From positions 33,045 to 97,044 of the forward strand of contig JAAYAJ010000023.1 of the NCBI GenBank assembly GCA_012719455.1: a DNA stretch of 64,000 bases, given 5' to 3'. A program made the translations under genes and the position numbers. Positions 49,746-58,900 of this stretch are shown in pieces. The DNA is from Acidobacteriota bacterium (lineage in GTDB: Bacteria > Acidobacteriota > UBA6911). The notes beneath the pieces are model-generated. The model saw nothing but the letters and a program-made list of their open reading frames with translations, made no database searches and had not been told where the DNA came from. Each line of letters begins with the position of its first letter. Within the stretch, counting starts at the first letter, position 1.

Positions 49746-50852
49746 TCAGCGGATGATCTGGATCTCGTCCGACATTCCCTGCTCGTAGGTGCTCCAGCCG
49801 GAGTTCATCCCGTACGGGCTCCGATGCAGGACCGCCTCGATCCGGCGGATGAGGCCGTTCTCGACCTTGAAGATCTCGGCAACCTGCCAGGTCCAGGGCT
49901 CCGTCGGGCCCTCGACGGCGTCGCGGCCGTCGGGGGTCTTGAAATGGCGCGATTTGCCGGCCGCGTGGTCGAAGAAGCAGAAGCTGAACACCACCCCGCG
50001 TTCGTGGTCCACGGCCACGAAACGGCGGTCGCGGATCCGCGTCACGAAGTAGATCAGCCCCGACTCGAACTGCTGCCTGCATCCCCAGTGGCTCGAATAA
50101 ACCGTCGAAGTGAGGGGGTCGGGCATCTCCTGCCCCGGCGCTAGCGGCACGTTGGTGGCCGGGTTGCCGTTTTCGATCCGGTGGCAGTCATCCGTAAAGG
50201 GGTAGTATCCCTTGCCGTCGTTTTTCTGCATCCCGGTGAAGTAGGCGTTGGCCGTCCGGATCATCTCTTCCCGGGTGGGGCGTCCCGCCTCGGGAATCAC
50301 TTCCGAGTACACCGGGTGGGGGGAGCCCAGCTTTTCGATCCTGTCGGCGACCGAGGGGGCGGGGGGCCGGCTCGGGTCGAGCAGGTTGCTCTCCGGCCGG
50401 ATCACCAGCTGTTCAGCTTCCGTAATCAGCCCATCCTGGATTTTCAGCCGAATGGCGAGGGCCACGGAAGAGGGGGGCTGGTTGCGCGGGGCTTCCTCGC
50501 GCGCGGTGCCGATGAAGGCCACCTGCTGAGTCTCCATGTCCGGAACGTAGAACTTGTAGCTCCCCTTGCCGACCATGCTGGCCCACAGCCCCTCGCCGAG
50601 CTGCAACTGGACGCCGTTTTCGGTAAAGCGGCATTCGGGCGCGAACAGGGTCGGGGCGGCCTCGTGCGCCAGCATCGCGTCCAGGTACCGGTCCACGTAC
50701 CCTTCCAGGCAGGCACGGTCGCAGGGAGCGGCGGCCGGGGCAGACTCCGGACCCGCATTGGAAGAATCGGTTTTCTGGCAGGCGGAAGCGCTGAGCAGCA
50801 GAAAAACGACACAGATGGCACTGATGGTTTTAGCTCGCATATTTCCCTCCAT
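49746..50852 (-). CDS. hypothetical lipoprotein
   Basis: Lipobox LLSASAC. RBS GGAGGG. No recognisable domain. Confidence 0.45.
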   Translation of the reverse strand: MEGNMRAKTISAICVVFLLLSASACQKTDSSNAGPESAPAAAPCDRACLEGYVDRYLDAMLAHEAAPTLFAPECRFTENGVQLQLGEGLWASMVGKGSYKFYVPDMETQQVAFIGTAREEAPRNQPPSSVALAIRLKIQDGLITEAEQLVIRPESNLLDPSRPPAPSVADRIEKLGSPHPVYSEVIPEAGRPTREEMIRTANAYFTGMQKNDGKGYYPFTDDCHRIENGNPATNVPLAPGQEMPDPLTSTVYSSHWGCRQQFESGLIYFVTRIRDRRFVAVDHERGVVFSFCFFDHAAGKSRHFKTPDGRDAVEGPTEPWTWQVAEIFKVENGLIRRIEAVLHRSPYGMNSGWSTYEQGMSDEIQIIR

Positions 50853-50923
50853 TTATATAATGAGACCGATGGGCTTCATCATACTCACGAGGGGGGGAGG
50901 GATCAACCGGGAACGGGCGGCGG

Positions 50924-51667
50924 TCAGTGGGAATGCAGGGCCAGGTGCAGGAAGAGGATCAGGACCACCCCGAGGGAGAAGCCGGCCAGGACGATGCGCT
51001 TGCCGTGATTGACCAGTTCGCCGAAAACGGCATGAAGGGCCAGGAAGATGAAGCCGCCCCCCACGTGCACCAGGGCCAGGTCTATCCAGAGGCCGGAAAC
51101 TCTGGGCAGGATCCAGAGACCCAGGATGCCGCCCAGGAGCGTGGTCGATTCCACGGCGGCCACGACGGCAACCGCCCGCAGCCGCTTCATGCCGGAGGCC
51201 AGCAGGAGTGCCCCTAGCGCCAGGCCTTCCGGGACCTTGTGCACGCAGATGGCCAGCAGCAGGGTGGCGTCCATGCTCCTCCCCATGGATTCCTCCCGGC
51301 CCAGGGCGAGGGCCAGGCCGTCCAGGGTGCTGTGCAGGCCCAGGGCCACGATCATCGCGACCGCGATCTCGCTGAAATGGCGGGTGGCGGCCTCGTCGAA
51401 GTGGCTGGCGGCGCAGGCGGGGCAGACGTGAAACACGTACCGGCTGACCAGGAAGAAGACCCCGTACCCCGAGATCAGCGCCGCGGCCACTTGCACCGTC
51501 GTCAGGCCCTCGCGGCATTCCGGAATAATGACAAAGACGGTCACGCCGAGCAGGGCCCCGGCGGCCAGGCTGATCAGCCGGCAGAGGCTCCGGTGCGACA
51601 CGGCAACGGCCGAACTGGCGGCGCCCCCGGCAACGGCCAGCGCAAACGCCAGCAAAACCCTGGCCAT
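50924..51667 (-). CDS. ZIP-family metal (zinc/iron) transporter, ZupT-like
   Basis: HKVPEGLALG signature in a multi-TM protein. Confidence 0.75.
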   Translation of the reverse strand: MARVLLAFALAVAGGAASSAVAVSHRSLCRLISLAAGALLGVTVFVIIPECREGLTTVQVAAALISGYGVFFLVSRYVFHVCPACAASHFDEAATRHFSEIAVAMIVALGLHSTLDGLALALGREESMGRSMDATLLLAICVHKVPEGLALGALLLASGMKRLRAVAVVAAVESTTLLGGILGLWILPRVSGLWIDLALVHVGGGFIFLALHAVFGELVNHGKRIVLAGFSLGVVLILFLHLALHSH

Positions 51668-51737
51668 CACCACCCCCGCGTCCTGCACACCGCCTCCGCG
51701 CCGGGAATCCCGGTGTCCCGCTTCCCGAACATCGTTA

Positions 51738-51754
51738 TTGCAAATGATCTTGCA
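51738..51754. promoter_or_regulatory. candidate Fur/Zur-family operator (imperfect inverted repeat TTGCAAATGATCTTGCA)
   Basis: AT-rich inverted repeat in the divergent intergenic region between the ZIP transporter and the Fur-family gene. A second related site lies at about 51770-51795. Confidence 0.3.
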
Positions 51755-51824
51755 TTTTCCACAATCCCCGGCAAATGTCAACGATCATGCAAGGCTCTTG
51801 CCATAAGGAGGGTCACGCGCTAGG

Positions 51825-52217
51825 ATGCCTTACGGAGATATGCGGATGCAGAGAAAGACGAGCCAGCGCGACGCCATCCGGGAGGTCTTCCGCCAAAACG
51901 ACCGCCCGCTCGCCATAGAGGAGATCCTCGAGGCCGGCCGACGGCGCGTCCGCTCCCTGAACCAGGCGACGGTGTACCGCAACCTGAAGCTGCTGGTGGA
52001 ATCGGGCTGGCTGAAGAAGATCCACGCCCCGGAACGGGGCACCCTGTACGAGATCGCGGGGAAAGCCCACCACCACCATTTTCGGTGCCGCCGGTGCGAG
52101 CGGATGTTCGAAATCGAGGGGTGCGCGTTCAACGACCGCCATTCGACACCACCCGGGTTCGTGACCGAAGGGCACGAAATCTTTCTCTTCGGGCTCTGCG
52201 CTGCCTGTCGGAGTTGA
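51825..52217 (+). CDS. Fur-family transcriptional regulator (likely Zur, from the divergent ZIP transporter)
   Basis: Winged helix followed by HHHHFRCRRCERMFE...C...C metal sites. The start may be one of the internal ATGs (51843 or 51849). Confidence 0.75.
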   Translation: MPYGDMRMQRKTSQRDAIREVFRQNDRPLAIEEILEAGRRRVRSLNQATVYRNLKLLVESGWLKKIHAPERGTLYEIAGKAHHHHFRCRRCERMFEIEGCAFNDRHSTPPGFVTEGHEIFLFGLCAACRS

Positions 52218-52324
52218 CGCCGCCGGGGAACCCGATCCGGCGGAAGGATCCCTTGAGTTTCCTCCCGGAAAAAGGAAGGTTTCGTGCTGGCATCCCCGTT
52301 TTGTAATGGAAAAGGAGAATCTCG

Positions 52325-52984
52325 ATGCGCTTGACCGTTCTTGCTTTGACTCTTACGGCTTTACTGTCGACGCTCGCGCCCGGCACCGCCGCAGCCCAGG
52401 CCAGGGCAAAAACCAACCGGGGGAATTTGGGAAATCCCGCCCTGCTGAAGGAAACCGCGCCTGAAAAGTTTCAGGCCAGGTTCACCACCTCCAAAGGGAA
52501 CTTCGTGATCGAGGTTACGCGCGCGTGGGCCCCCAACGGCGCCGACCGCTTCTACAACCTGGTGAAGAACGGCTACTACGACAACTGCCGCTTCTTCCGG
52601 GTGGTGGACGGCTTCATGGTCCAGTTCGGCATCAACGGAGATCCGGGACTGAACAGGGTTTGGAACACGGCCACCATCAAGGACGACCCGGTCAAGCAAT
52701 CGAACAAGGAAGGTTATGTCACCTTCGCCACGACCGCCGCCCCCAACTCGCGCGCGACCCAGATCTTCATCAATTTCGCCGACAACCCCTACCTGGACCG
52801 CCAGCGTTTCGCTCCCTTCGGGAAGGTGGTCGAGGGGATGGACGTCGTTAATGCCATCAACAAGGAGTACGGTGAAAAGCCGGACCAGGGGAAGATCATG
52901 GTGGTGGGGAATTCCTACCTGCAAAAAGAATTCCCCAGGCTCGATTTCATCAAGTCGGCCACCATCGTCGCCGGCGTGAAGTAA
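52325..52984 (+). CDS. secreted cyclophilin-type peptidyl-prolyl cis-trans isomerase
   Basis: Signal peptide. Cyclophilin core FHRVVDGFMVQFG. Confidence 0.85.
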   Translation: MRLTVLALTLTALLSTLAPGTAAAQARAKTNRGNLGNPALLKETAPEKFQARFTTSKGNFVIEVTRAWAPNGADRFYNLVKNGYYDNCRFFRVVDGFMVQFGINGDPGLNRVWNTATIKDDPVKQSNKEGYVTFATTAAPNSRATQIFINFADNPYLDRQRFAPFGKVVEGMDVVNAINKEYGEKPDQGKIMVVGNSYLQKEFPRLDFIKSATIVAGVK

Positions 52985-53003
52985 CGGCAGGGGACCTACC
53001 GAA

Positions 53004-54440
53004 TTGCCGGAGGAGCGTATCGTGAGCGAAGAGCCGGAGGAAGATTTTGCCGCAATGTTCGAAGCCTCGTTTCAGGTGAAGAGGCTCGGCAAGGGGGACG
53101 CGATCGAGGGGAGCATTGTCGCCATCGGCCCGGAGACCGCCCTGGTCGACGTGGGGGGAAAGGGGGAAGCCGTCATCGACGTCGACGAGCTGAAGAACCC
53201 CGAGGGGGAGCTCGAGTTCGCCGTCGGCGACCGCATCGAGGCGACCGTCGTCTCCACCGCCGGGGGGCTGAAGCTTTCCCGGAAGCTGCTGGCGGCGGCC
53301 GCGAGCAACCGCCAGCTCGAGGACGCCTTCCGCAGCGGCCTGCCCGTGGAGGGAAAGGTCGAGCGGGAAATCAAGGGGGGATACGAGGTAAGGGTCGGCC
53401 GCAGCCGGGCCTTTTGCCCCGGGTCCCAGATCGATCTCCGGGGTGCCGAGGCCGTCGACCATGTGGGGAGCGTCTACCCGTTCCGCATCATCGAATACCG
53501 GGAGGGGGGAGCGAGCATCGTCCTCTCACGCCGGGCGCTGCTCGAGGAGGAGCGGCAGGCGGAGGCTGCAGCTGTCCGCCAGAGCGTGGTCCCCGGCGCC
53601 GTCCTGACCGGCCGCGTCGCCTCCGTCCGCGAATTTGGAGCCTTCGTCGACCTGGGCGCGGGAGTCCAGGGCCTGCTGCACGTGTCCGAAATGTCGTGGG
53701 CGCGGGTGGCTTCCCCCTCCGAGGTGGTCTCGCCTGGCGAGGAGATCACCGTCAAGGTCCTCGGCGTAGACGAGGAAAAGGGGCGGATCTCGCTGGGGCT
53801 GAAACAGCTGTCGGACGACCCCTGGCTGAAGGCGGGGGAAGTGTACGCCGTGGGCCGGCTCCGGCCCGGCCGGGTCACCCGCGTTGCCGAATTCGGCGCC
53901 TTCGTGGAGCTCGAGCCCGGAATCGAGGGGCTGGCCCACGCGTCCACCTTTGCGCCCTCCGCCGCGGGGGGCTGGTCGAGCCGCGTCACCCCGGGAATGA
54001 CGGGAACGTTCGAGATCCTCTCCGTCGACCTGGAACAGAAACGGATCGGCGTAGCGCTCCAGGGAGAGGGATCCGCGCCGACAGCCGGCGCCGCCCGGAC
54101 GGGCATCGTCCCGGGGGCGCGCCTGACCGGAAAGGTCGAGCGGCTCGAGAAGTTCGGCGTGTTCGTGTTCCTGGCCCCGGGACGGACCGGCCTGATCCCG
54201 GTGAATGAAACGGGGGTCGCCAGGGAGGCGGATCTCGCGCGCGCCTTTCCCGTCGGGGGCGAGGTCGAGGTCATCGTGCTCGAAGTGGACCCCTCGGGCC
54301 GGCGTATCCGCCTGAGCGCGAAGGCGGTGGCTGAGGCGCGCGAGGCCGAGGAAGTGCGCGAGTGGAAGGAACGGCAGGCTCCCTCATCCGAAGGCTTCGG
54401 CTCGCTGGCCGACAAGCTCCGGGAGGCCCTGAAAAAATAG
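53004..54440 (+). CDS. S1 RNA-binding-domain repeat protein (ribosomal protein S1-like, 4-5 S1 domains)
   Basis: The N-terminus EDFAAMFEASF resembles RpsA. Repeated S1 motifs (G.V..V...GAFV.L). Confidence 0.7.
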   Translation: MPEERIVSEEPEEDFAAMFEASFQVKRLGKGDAIEGSIVAIGPETALVDVGGKGEAVIDVDELKNPEGELEFAVGDRIEATVVSTAGGLKLSRKLLAAAASNRQLEDAFRSGLPVEGKVEREIKGGYEVRVGRSRAFCPGSQIDLRGAEAVDHVGSVYPFRIIEYREGGASIVLSRRALLEEERQAEAAAVRQSVVPGAVLTGRVASVREFGAFVDLGAGVQGLLHVSEMSWARVASPSEVVSPGEEITVKVLGVDEEKGRISLGLKQLSDDPWLKAGEVYAVGRLRPGRVTRVAEFGAFVELEPGIEGLAHASTFAPSAAGGWSSRVTPGMTGTFEILSVDLEQKRIGVALQGEGSAPTAGAARTGIVPGARLTGKVERLEKFGVFVFLAPGRTGLIPVNETGVAREADLARAFPVGGEVEVIVLEVDPSGRRIRLSAKAVAEAREAEEVREWKERQAPSSEGFGSLADKLREALKK

Positions 54441-54485
54441 GGGACGGGCGCCGATGTCCACGGAGGGACCCCGGTGCCCGCCTCC

Positions 54486-55160
54486 TCATCTCCGCGCCTT
54501 CAACCGCTCCGCGATCAGGCGCATATAGGCCGCGCGCGCATCCGTGCTACGCCTGAGCATCGTATTGCCGGCGTGGATCCTCCGCAGCATCAGCACCTCG
54601 TCCACGATCGCTTCCCGGTACCCCCGGGCCCGGGCCCGCTCGAACCATTCCACGGTTTCGTAAAACTCGCGGTCTTCGGGGAATCCCCCGGTCTCCAGGA
54701 AATCGGTCCGGGCCATGAAGACGCACCCGGCGCTGTAGCCGGTCCGGACCTCCAGGTCCCCTTCGCTCACCCCCTGCTTCCCGGCCAGTTCGGGGCTGAG
54801 AAAATTCTGCATCTTGCAGAGGACGATGTGCGGGGCGTCGTCCCCCGCGGCCCGCTCGAGCTGTCTCTCCAGCTTGGCGGGCTCCCACAGGTCGTCCGCG
54901 TCCAGGAAGGCGATAAAGGCGCCGGTGGCGGCCTCGGCGCCCCGGTTGCGCGCCCGGGAGACCCCGGCCGGGGGCTGGCGCAGGATGCGGATCCCCGGGA
55001 AGGCCCGGAAGGCGACCGCGACCGTATCGTCCAGGGAGCCGTCGTCCACCAAGACAACCTCGTCCGGTTTGTGGGTCTGGAGGCGCACGCTCTCCAGGGT
55101 TTCCCCGATCGTCCGCCCCGCGTTCCGGGCCGGGATGACTACGCTAATCGTTGCGTTCAA
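54486..55160 (-). CDS. family 2 glycosyltransferase
   Basis: ISVVIPARN...DDGS DxD-type GT-A fold, 224 aa. Confidence 0.75.
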   Translation of the reverse strand: MNATISVVIPARNAGRTIGETLESVRLQTHKPDEVVLVDDGSLDDTVAVAFRAFPGIRILRQPPAGVSRARNRGAEAATGAFIAFLDADDLWEPAKLERQLERAAGDDAPHIVLCKMQNFLSPELAGKQGVSEGDLEVRTGYSAGCVFMARTDFLETGGFPEDREFYETVEWFERARARGYREAIVDEVLMLRRIHAGNTMLRRSTDARAAYMRLIAERLKARR

Positions 55161-55554
55161 CCGGCCACCCCTCGGAGATGTCGACCTGGTGGATCGGGTC
55201 GATCAGCAGCAGTTCCTGCAAGTCCTCGAAGCAGGTAAGGGTGGGAGCTTCCCCCCCGGCCGGCGGCTTCAGATCGTGGGTCCGGCTGGCTTCCCTCGCC
55301 GGCCTCAGGATCTCCTGGCGAAGGAGTTCTCCGAGGAAGCGGGGGACCGCCTCGCGCGCGTCCCAGCCCCGGGACCCGCCCCCTTCCGCCAGCGCCTCGA
55401 CGACGTCGTCGGGGGACGCCCCCGCGGCGAGGGCGGAAAACAGGAAGGTTCCCACCGGGTTCAGGGCGTAGTACAGACCCCGCTCGCCGTCGATGACGAC
55501 GGCGTTCCCCTCGATCACCTCGTGGATGATGCGCGGTTCGTTGACCTCGTACAT
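55144..55554 (-). CDS. PqqD-family (RRE-like) peptide-chaperone homologue
   Basis: MYEVNEPRIIHEVIEGNAVVIDGERGLYYALNPVGTFLFSAL... has a PqqD-like pattern. RBS GGAGG. Overlaps the neighbours on both sides. Confidence 0.45.
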   Translation of the reverse strand: MYEVNEPRIIHEVIEGNAVVIDGERGLYYALNPVGTFLFSALAAGASPDDVVEALAEGGGSRGWDAREAVPRFLGELLRQEILRPAREASRTHDLKPPAGGEAPTLTCFEDLQELLLIDPIHQVDISEGWPVERND

Positions 55555-56750
55555 TTCCGTTCCTCCATTTTCTTCATTAACCGGCGCAGGGCGTGGCCGG
55601 GCAACTGCCAGAAATGCCCGAGTCCCCAAACCAGCTTGAGATACCCTGGAAAGGACAACAGGCAGCTGATGAAGGACTCGTCCAGCCGCTTGATCCGGTG
55701 GCGGTCCCAGATACGTCTCAGGCTGAAGTCCCGGTTGCCGGACCGGGCGTTGCGCCGCTCGATCGCCTGTCTCCTGCGGTGGTACCTCGTGTGGACCCTC
55801 AGGGCCCGCTCCACGTAGAAAGACCCGTAATCCAGGTTGTCCCGCAGTCTCTCCATGACGCCCGTGGGAACCAGTCCCGCGTCGACCGACTGCAGGTAGC
55901 GGAGCGCGTAGCGGACGTTGTAGGAAACACCCCTGGCCTCCGCGGTTGCGACAAACAGCCCCCAGTCGATCGCGGCGCCCCGGATCAGGCCCGCAGCATC
56001 CAGGATCCAGAGCAGGTTGTCCGGATAGGTCTCCTCGAAGACCAGGGGCGCACGGACCCCATTGACGCAGGCGAGGAGCAACTGGTCCTCCGGGCATGGG
56101 ATCCGGGCGGCGGCGCCCAGAAAGCTCCCCGTCACCGTGCGGGCACGCAGGCCGTCGTCGAAACCGGGGCCGACATGCTCGTAGAGGGCGGCGATATGCA
56201 GGTCGATGCGGTGGCCCCGCCCGTTCTCACAGTCATGACCGTGGGGGCTCCAGTAGAGGCGCTGCGCCTCGGTCGCCCTGACGGAATGGAACCCGCACGC
56301 CGAGAGGATGTCCAGTGCCCGGCTCCCTTCCGTCTCCGCGACCAGCAGGTCCAGGTCGTGCATCGGCCTCCGGCCCGGCGGCATGCGGAGGGCGGCACTG
56401 ACCCCCGCGCCCTTCAGCAGGACGGCGTCGACCCCCTGCCGCCGGAGGTCTTCAAGCACGGGGGCGACGGCCGAGAGCAAAAGCGAGGTCTTGGTGAAAA
56501 AGAAGGTGTAGAGGCTCTTGAGCCGGGGACGCAGGGGACCGTCATACCCGGCCTCCCCGGCCGCCACGTACAGCGCCGGGGCCAGGAGCTGCGCCAGGTA
56601 GTCGATCTCGTCGAACTCGACCCCGGCCTCCCATTCCGAAAACGCGCGTTTCCCCTCCTCCCCGCCGCACACGATGGCCTTCAGCATCCGGAGGTGCCCC
56701 GCCTTCAGGGGGTGGTGCGCGCCAAAACGATAGGACGCCGGAATACCCAT
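55515..56750 (-). CDS. uncharacterised nucleotidyltransferase-family protein (PF14907/NTP_transf_5-like)
   Basis: 411 aa. The start overlaps the kinase stop by 1 nt (TGATG). Confidence 0.5.
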   Translation of the reverse strand: MGIPASYRFGAHHPLKAGHLRMLKAIVCGGEEGKRAFSEWEAGVEFDEIDYLAQLLAPALYVAAGEAGYDGPLRPRLKSLYTFFFTKTSLLLSAVAPVLEDLRRQGVDAVLLKGAGVSAALRMPPGRRPMHDLDLLVAETEGSRALDILSACGFHSVRATEAQRLYWSPHGHDCENGRGHRIDLHIAALYEHVGPGFDDGLRARTVTGSFLGAAARIPCPEDQLLLACVNGVRAPLVFEETYPDNLLWILDAAGLIRGAAIDWGLFVATAEARGVSYNVRYALRYLQSVDAGLVPTGVMERLRDNLDYGSFYVERALRVHTRYHRRRQAIERRNARSGNRDFSLRRIWDRHRIKRLDESFISCLLSFPGYLKLVWGLGHFWQLPGHALRRLMKKMEERKCTRSTNRASSTR

Positions 56751-57769
56751 CAGCCCCTCGCTCCCAGCGAGTCGATGAACCGGCCGATACTGCGGGGGAT
56801 CTCCCCGAAATCCCCGCCGAGCTCGAGATCGTAGCAGGGCACGCCGCGACAAAGCGCGGCGAGGCCCGACAGGATGTGCTGGCCGCCCCCCTGGGCCTGC
56901 AGCACCGTGCTCGTCGCCATCTCCATGAGGATGACCGAGGGCGCCGCCGGGGAAATCGTCGTCCGCCCGCCCCCCCCGATCCGGGGCCGGAGAACGGCCG
57001 CGACGGGGAGCGAGCGGACAATGGGCCCGTCCGAATGGTTCAGCATGACCACGTTCTTGTTCTGCGTCTTGTTGGTCGGGTGAAGGCGGCGGGAGAGTTC
57101 CGGAAACCGCGGAAGGGTGTCATCGGTGAGCTTTGCACCGCGGTAGATATGAAACGCGTGCGCGGGGGATTCAGGCTCGACCGCCACGTAATCGTCCCCC
57201 AGGAACTCCAGCCCGTTCAAATGGCAGGCCAGGGCCGTGGTGGATTTGCCCGCCCCGCCGCGCCCCACCAGGAGCACGCCCCGGCCGTTTCGGCCTACGC
57301 TCGCGGCGTGCGTGAAAACCAGGCCCCGTGCCGCCAAGATCCAGTGCAACAGGAACCGCATCGGGGTGCAGACCTCGTAATCGGGGAGGGCGGACCGGTC
57401 GGCGACGCAATACCAGGCGCGGTTGATATCGGTATCGATGAAGCAGAAGATCTCCCCCTCGGGATTGTAGAAGAGGTGCCTGCTCCCCTGGTGGGAAACC
57501 GAGACGCGGTCCCGGTACCGCCGGAGCTCGTCAATCACGGGCGAGTGGGTGAAAACCTCCTCGTCCTCCCAAATGGCAATCGCGAAGTCGGCCTCCCCGG
57601 GGGGTGCGGGGATTTGGTTTTCCTGCAGGGAGGGGAGCAGAACCCCGGCGGGACCTTCCTGGGAGCATTCGAGCCGGATGACGACTCCCGCCACGCGGAG
57701 ATGGACCGCATAACGCCCCCGCTGCCTTTCGAAACTGTCTTGAAGCACATTCCCTGTTCCGGCCTGCAA
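56750..57769 (-). CDS. HprK-related serine kinase (HPr kinase C-terminal-domain-like P-loop protein)
   Basis: P-loop GVLLVGRGGAGKSTTALA, characteristic of the HprK/P C-domain. 339 aa. Confidence 0.6.
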   Translation of the reverse strand: MQAGTGNVLQDSFERQRGRYAVHLRVAGVVIRLECSQEGPAGVLLPSLQENQIPAPPGEADFAIAIWEDEEVFTHSPVIDELRRYRDRVSVSHQGSRHLFYNPEGEIFCFIDTDINRAWYCVADRSALPDYEVCTPMRFLLHWILAARGLVFTHAASVGRNGRGVLLVGRGGAGKSTTALACHLNGLEFLGDDYVAVEPESPAHAFHIYRGAKLTDDTLPRFPELSRRLHPTNKTQNKNVVMLNHSDGPIVRSLPVAAVLRPRIGGGGRTTISPAAPSVILMEMATSTVLQAQGGGQHILSGLAALCRGVPCYDLELGGDFGEIPRSIGRFIDSLGARG

Positions 57770-57787
57770 AATCTCTCCTCCTCTCGT

Positions 57788-58642
57788 TCAATTCAGGATG
57801 TCGTCCAGTTCCTTCATCAGCGCCTGGTACTTGTTCTTGTCCAGCCGGAAAGGGGAGAGGGCTCCCCGGTCCTTGAGGAGCTGGTGGCAGACGACGACTC
57901 CGCGCCCCAAGAGGTCCTGCTTCTGCGCCTTGGTCAGGCTGTGCAGCACCGTGACCGGGTACAGCCTCTCGCGGTCAATCCAATCCTTCAGGCCGTCGCC
58001 GGAGGGGTAATCCCAGCTCAGCATGAGGAGGCCGCTGCAGGTCCCGTAATCAATGGCGTCGCTCGTGAACCGGGTGTTGGTGGCCACCCCCCCGCTGAAG
58101 GTGGCTCCAGGGTATTTGCCCGATTCCTTGAACCGGTCGATGATGTCGTTCACCCGCGAACGCACGTAGAGCGGCACCTGTACGTTCACCGTCTTTTCCG
58201 CGCTCAGCCCGTACTTGCACTCCATGAAGAGGCGGTGACGATCCCGCACGGCAACCACGTCCACTTCGTGGCTCACGCAGCGCCCCTTGAGGACCTGCCC
58301 TATCTCCACCGCGTATCCCTGCCGCTCGATCACCTTGCCGACCAGGCGCTCGAAGGGGTAGCCCGTGGGCCCCATTTCCATGATCGCCTGCTTCAACTTG
58401 TAGCGCGAGGCCACCAGTCGCTTCTTCTTGCGCAGCAGGGCGAAGGCGCGGGCATAGATCTTCCGCGTGGGGACCCCGTCGACCAGCCAGGCCTCGATGT
58501 CCCTGGCCACCTCCCGGATGATGTCCTCCCCTGCGCCCGCGCGGCGCAGCGATTCCTCGAGCTTCTCGATCCGGAACGGCTCCTTTACGCCCGAAGCCTT
58601 CGTGATGAGGACCGCCCGCTTCTCATCTTCACGCATTGTCAT
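57788..58642 (-). CDS. ATP-cone domain protein fused to Mrr-like (PD-(D/E)xK) restriction-endonuclease domain
   Basis: N-terminal ATP-cone-like segment. C-terminal YPFERLVGKVIERQGYAVEI...HEVDVVAV...ECKY PD-ExK pattern. Lies 18 bp upstream of the kinase gene. Confidence 0.55.
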   Translation of the reverse strand: MTMREDEKRAVLITKASGVKEPFRIEKLEESLRRAGAGEDIIREVARDIEAWLVDGVPTRKIYARAFALLRKKKRLVASRYKLKQAIMEMGPTGYPFERLVGKVIERQGYAVEIGQVLKGRCVSHEVDVVAVRDRHRLFMECKYGLSAEKTVNVQVPLYVRSRVNDIIDRFKESGKYPGATFSGGVATNTRFTSDAIDYGTCSGLLMLSWDYPSGDGLKDWIDRERLYPVTVLHSLTKAQKQDLLGRGVVVCHQLLKDRGALSPFRLDKNKYQALMKELDDILN

Positions 58643-58900
58643 TCCCCCGCCCGTGGACCTTCGCTCACGGGCGGCCGCCCCGGATTATACACTCCCCGCA
58701 GGCATACCGGCCATAAATACGCGCAGAGGCTGTTGAGCGGCCGCTTGGCGCACCGGGTGGCGGGGCAGATGCCGACCGCCCGGTGCGGCAGAACGCCCAT
58801 GCTCGGGGCGCACGCATGTACGCCCGACCGGACGTTGCTTACATGACCAAAGTTTTTCAGGAACGCGCCCCCGGCGGAAAAGGGGGCGGCCATCAGGATC

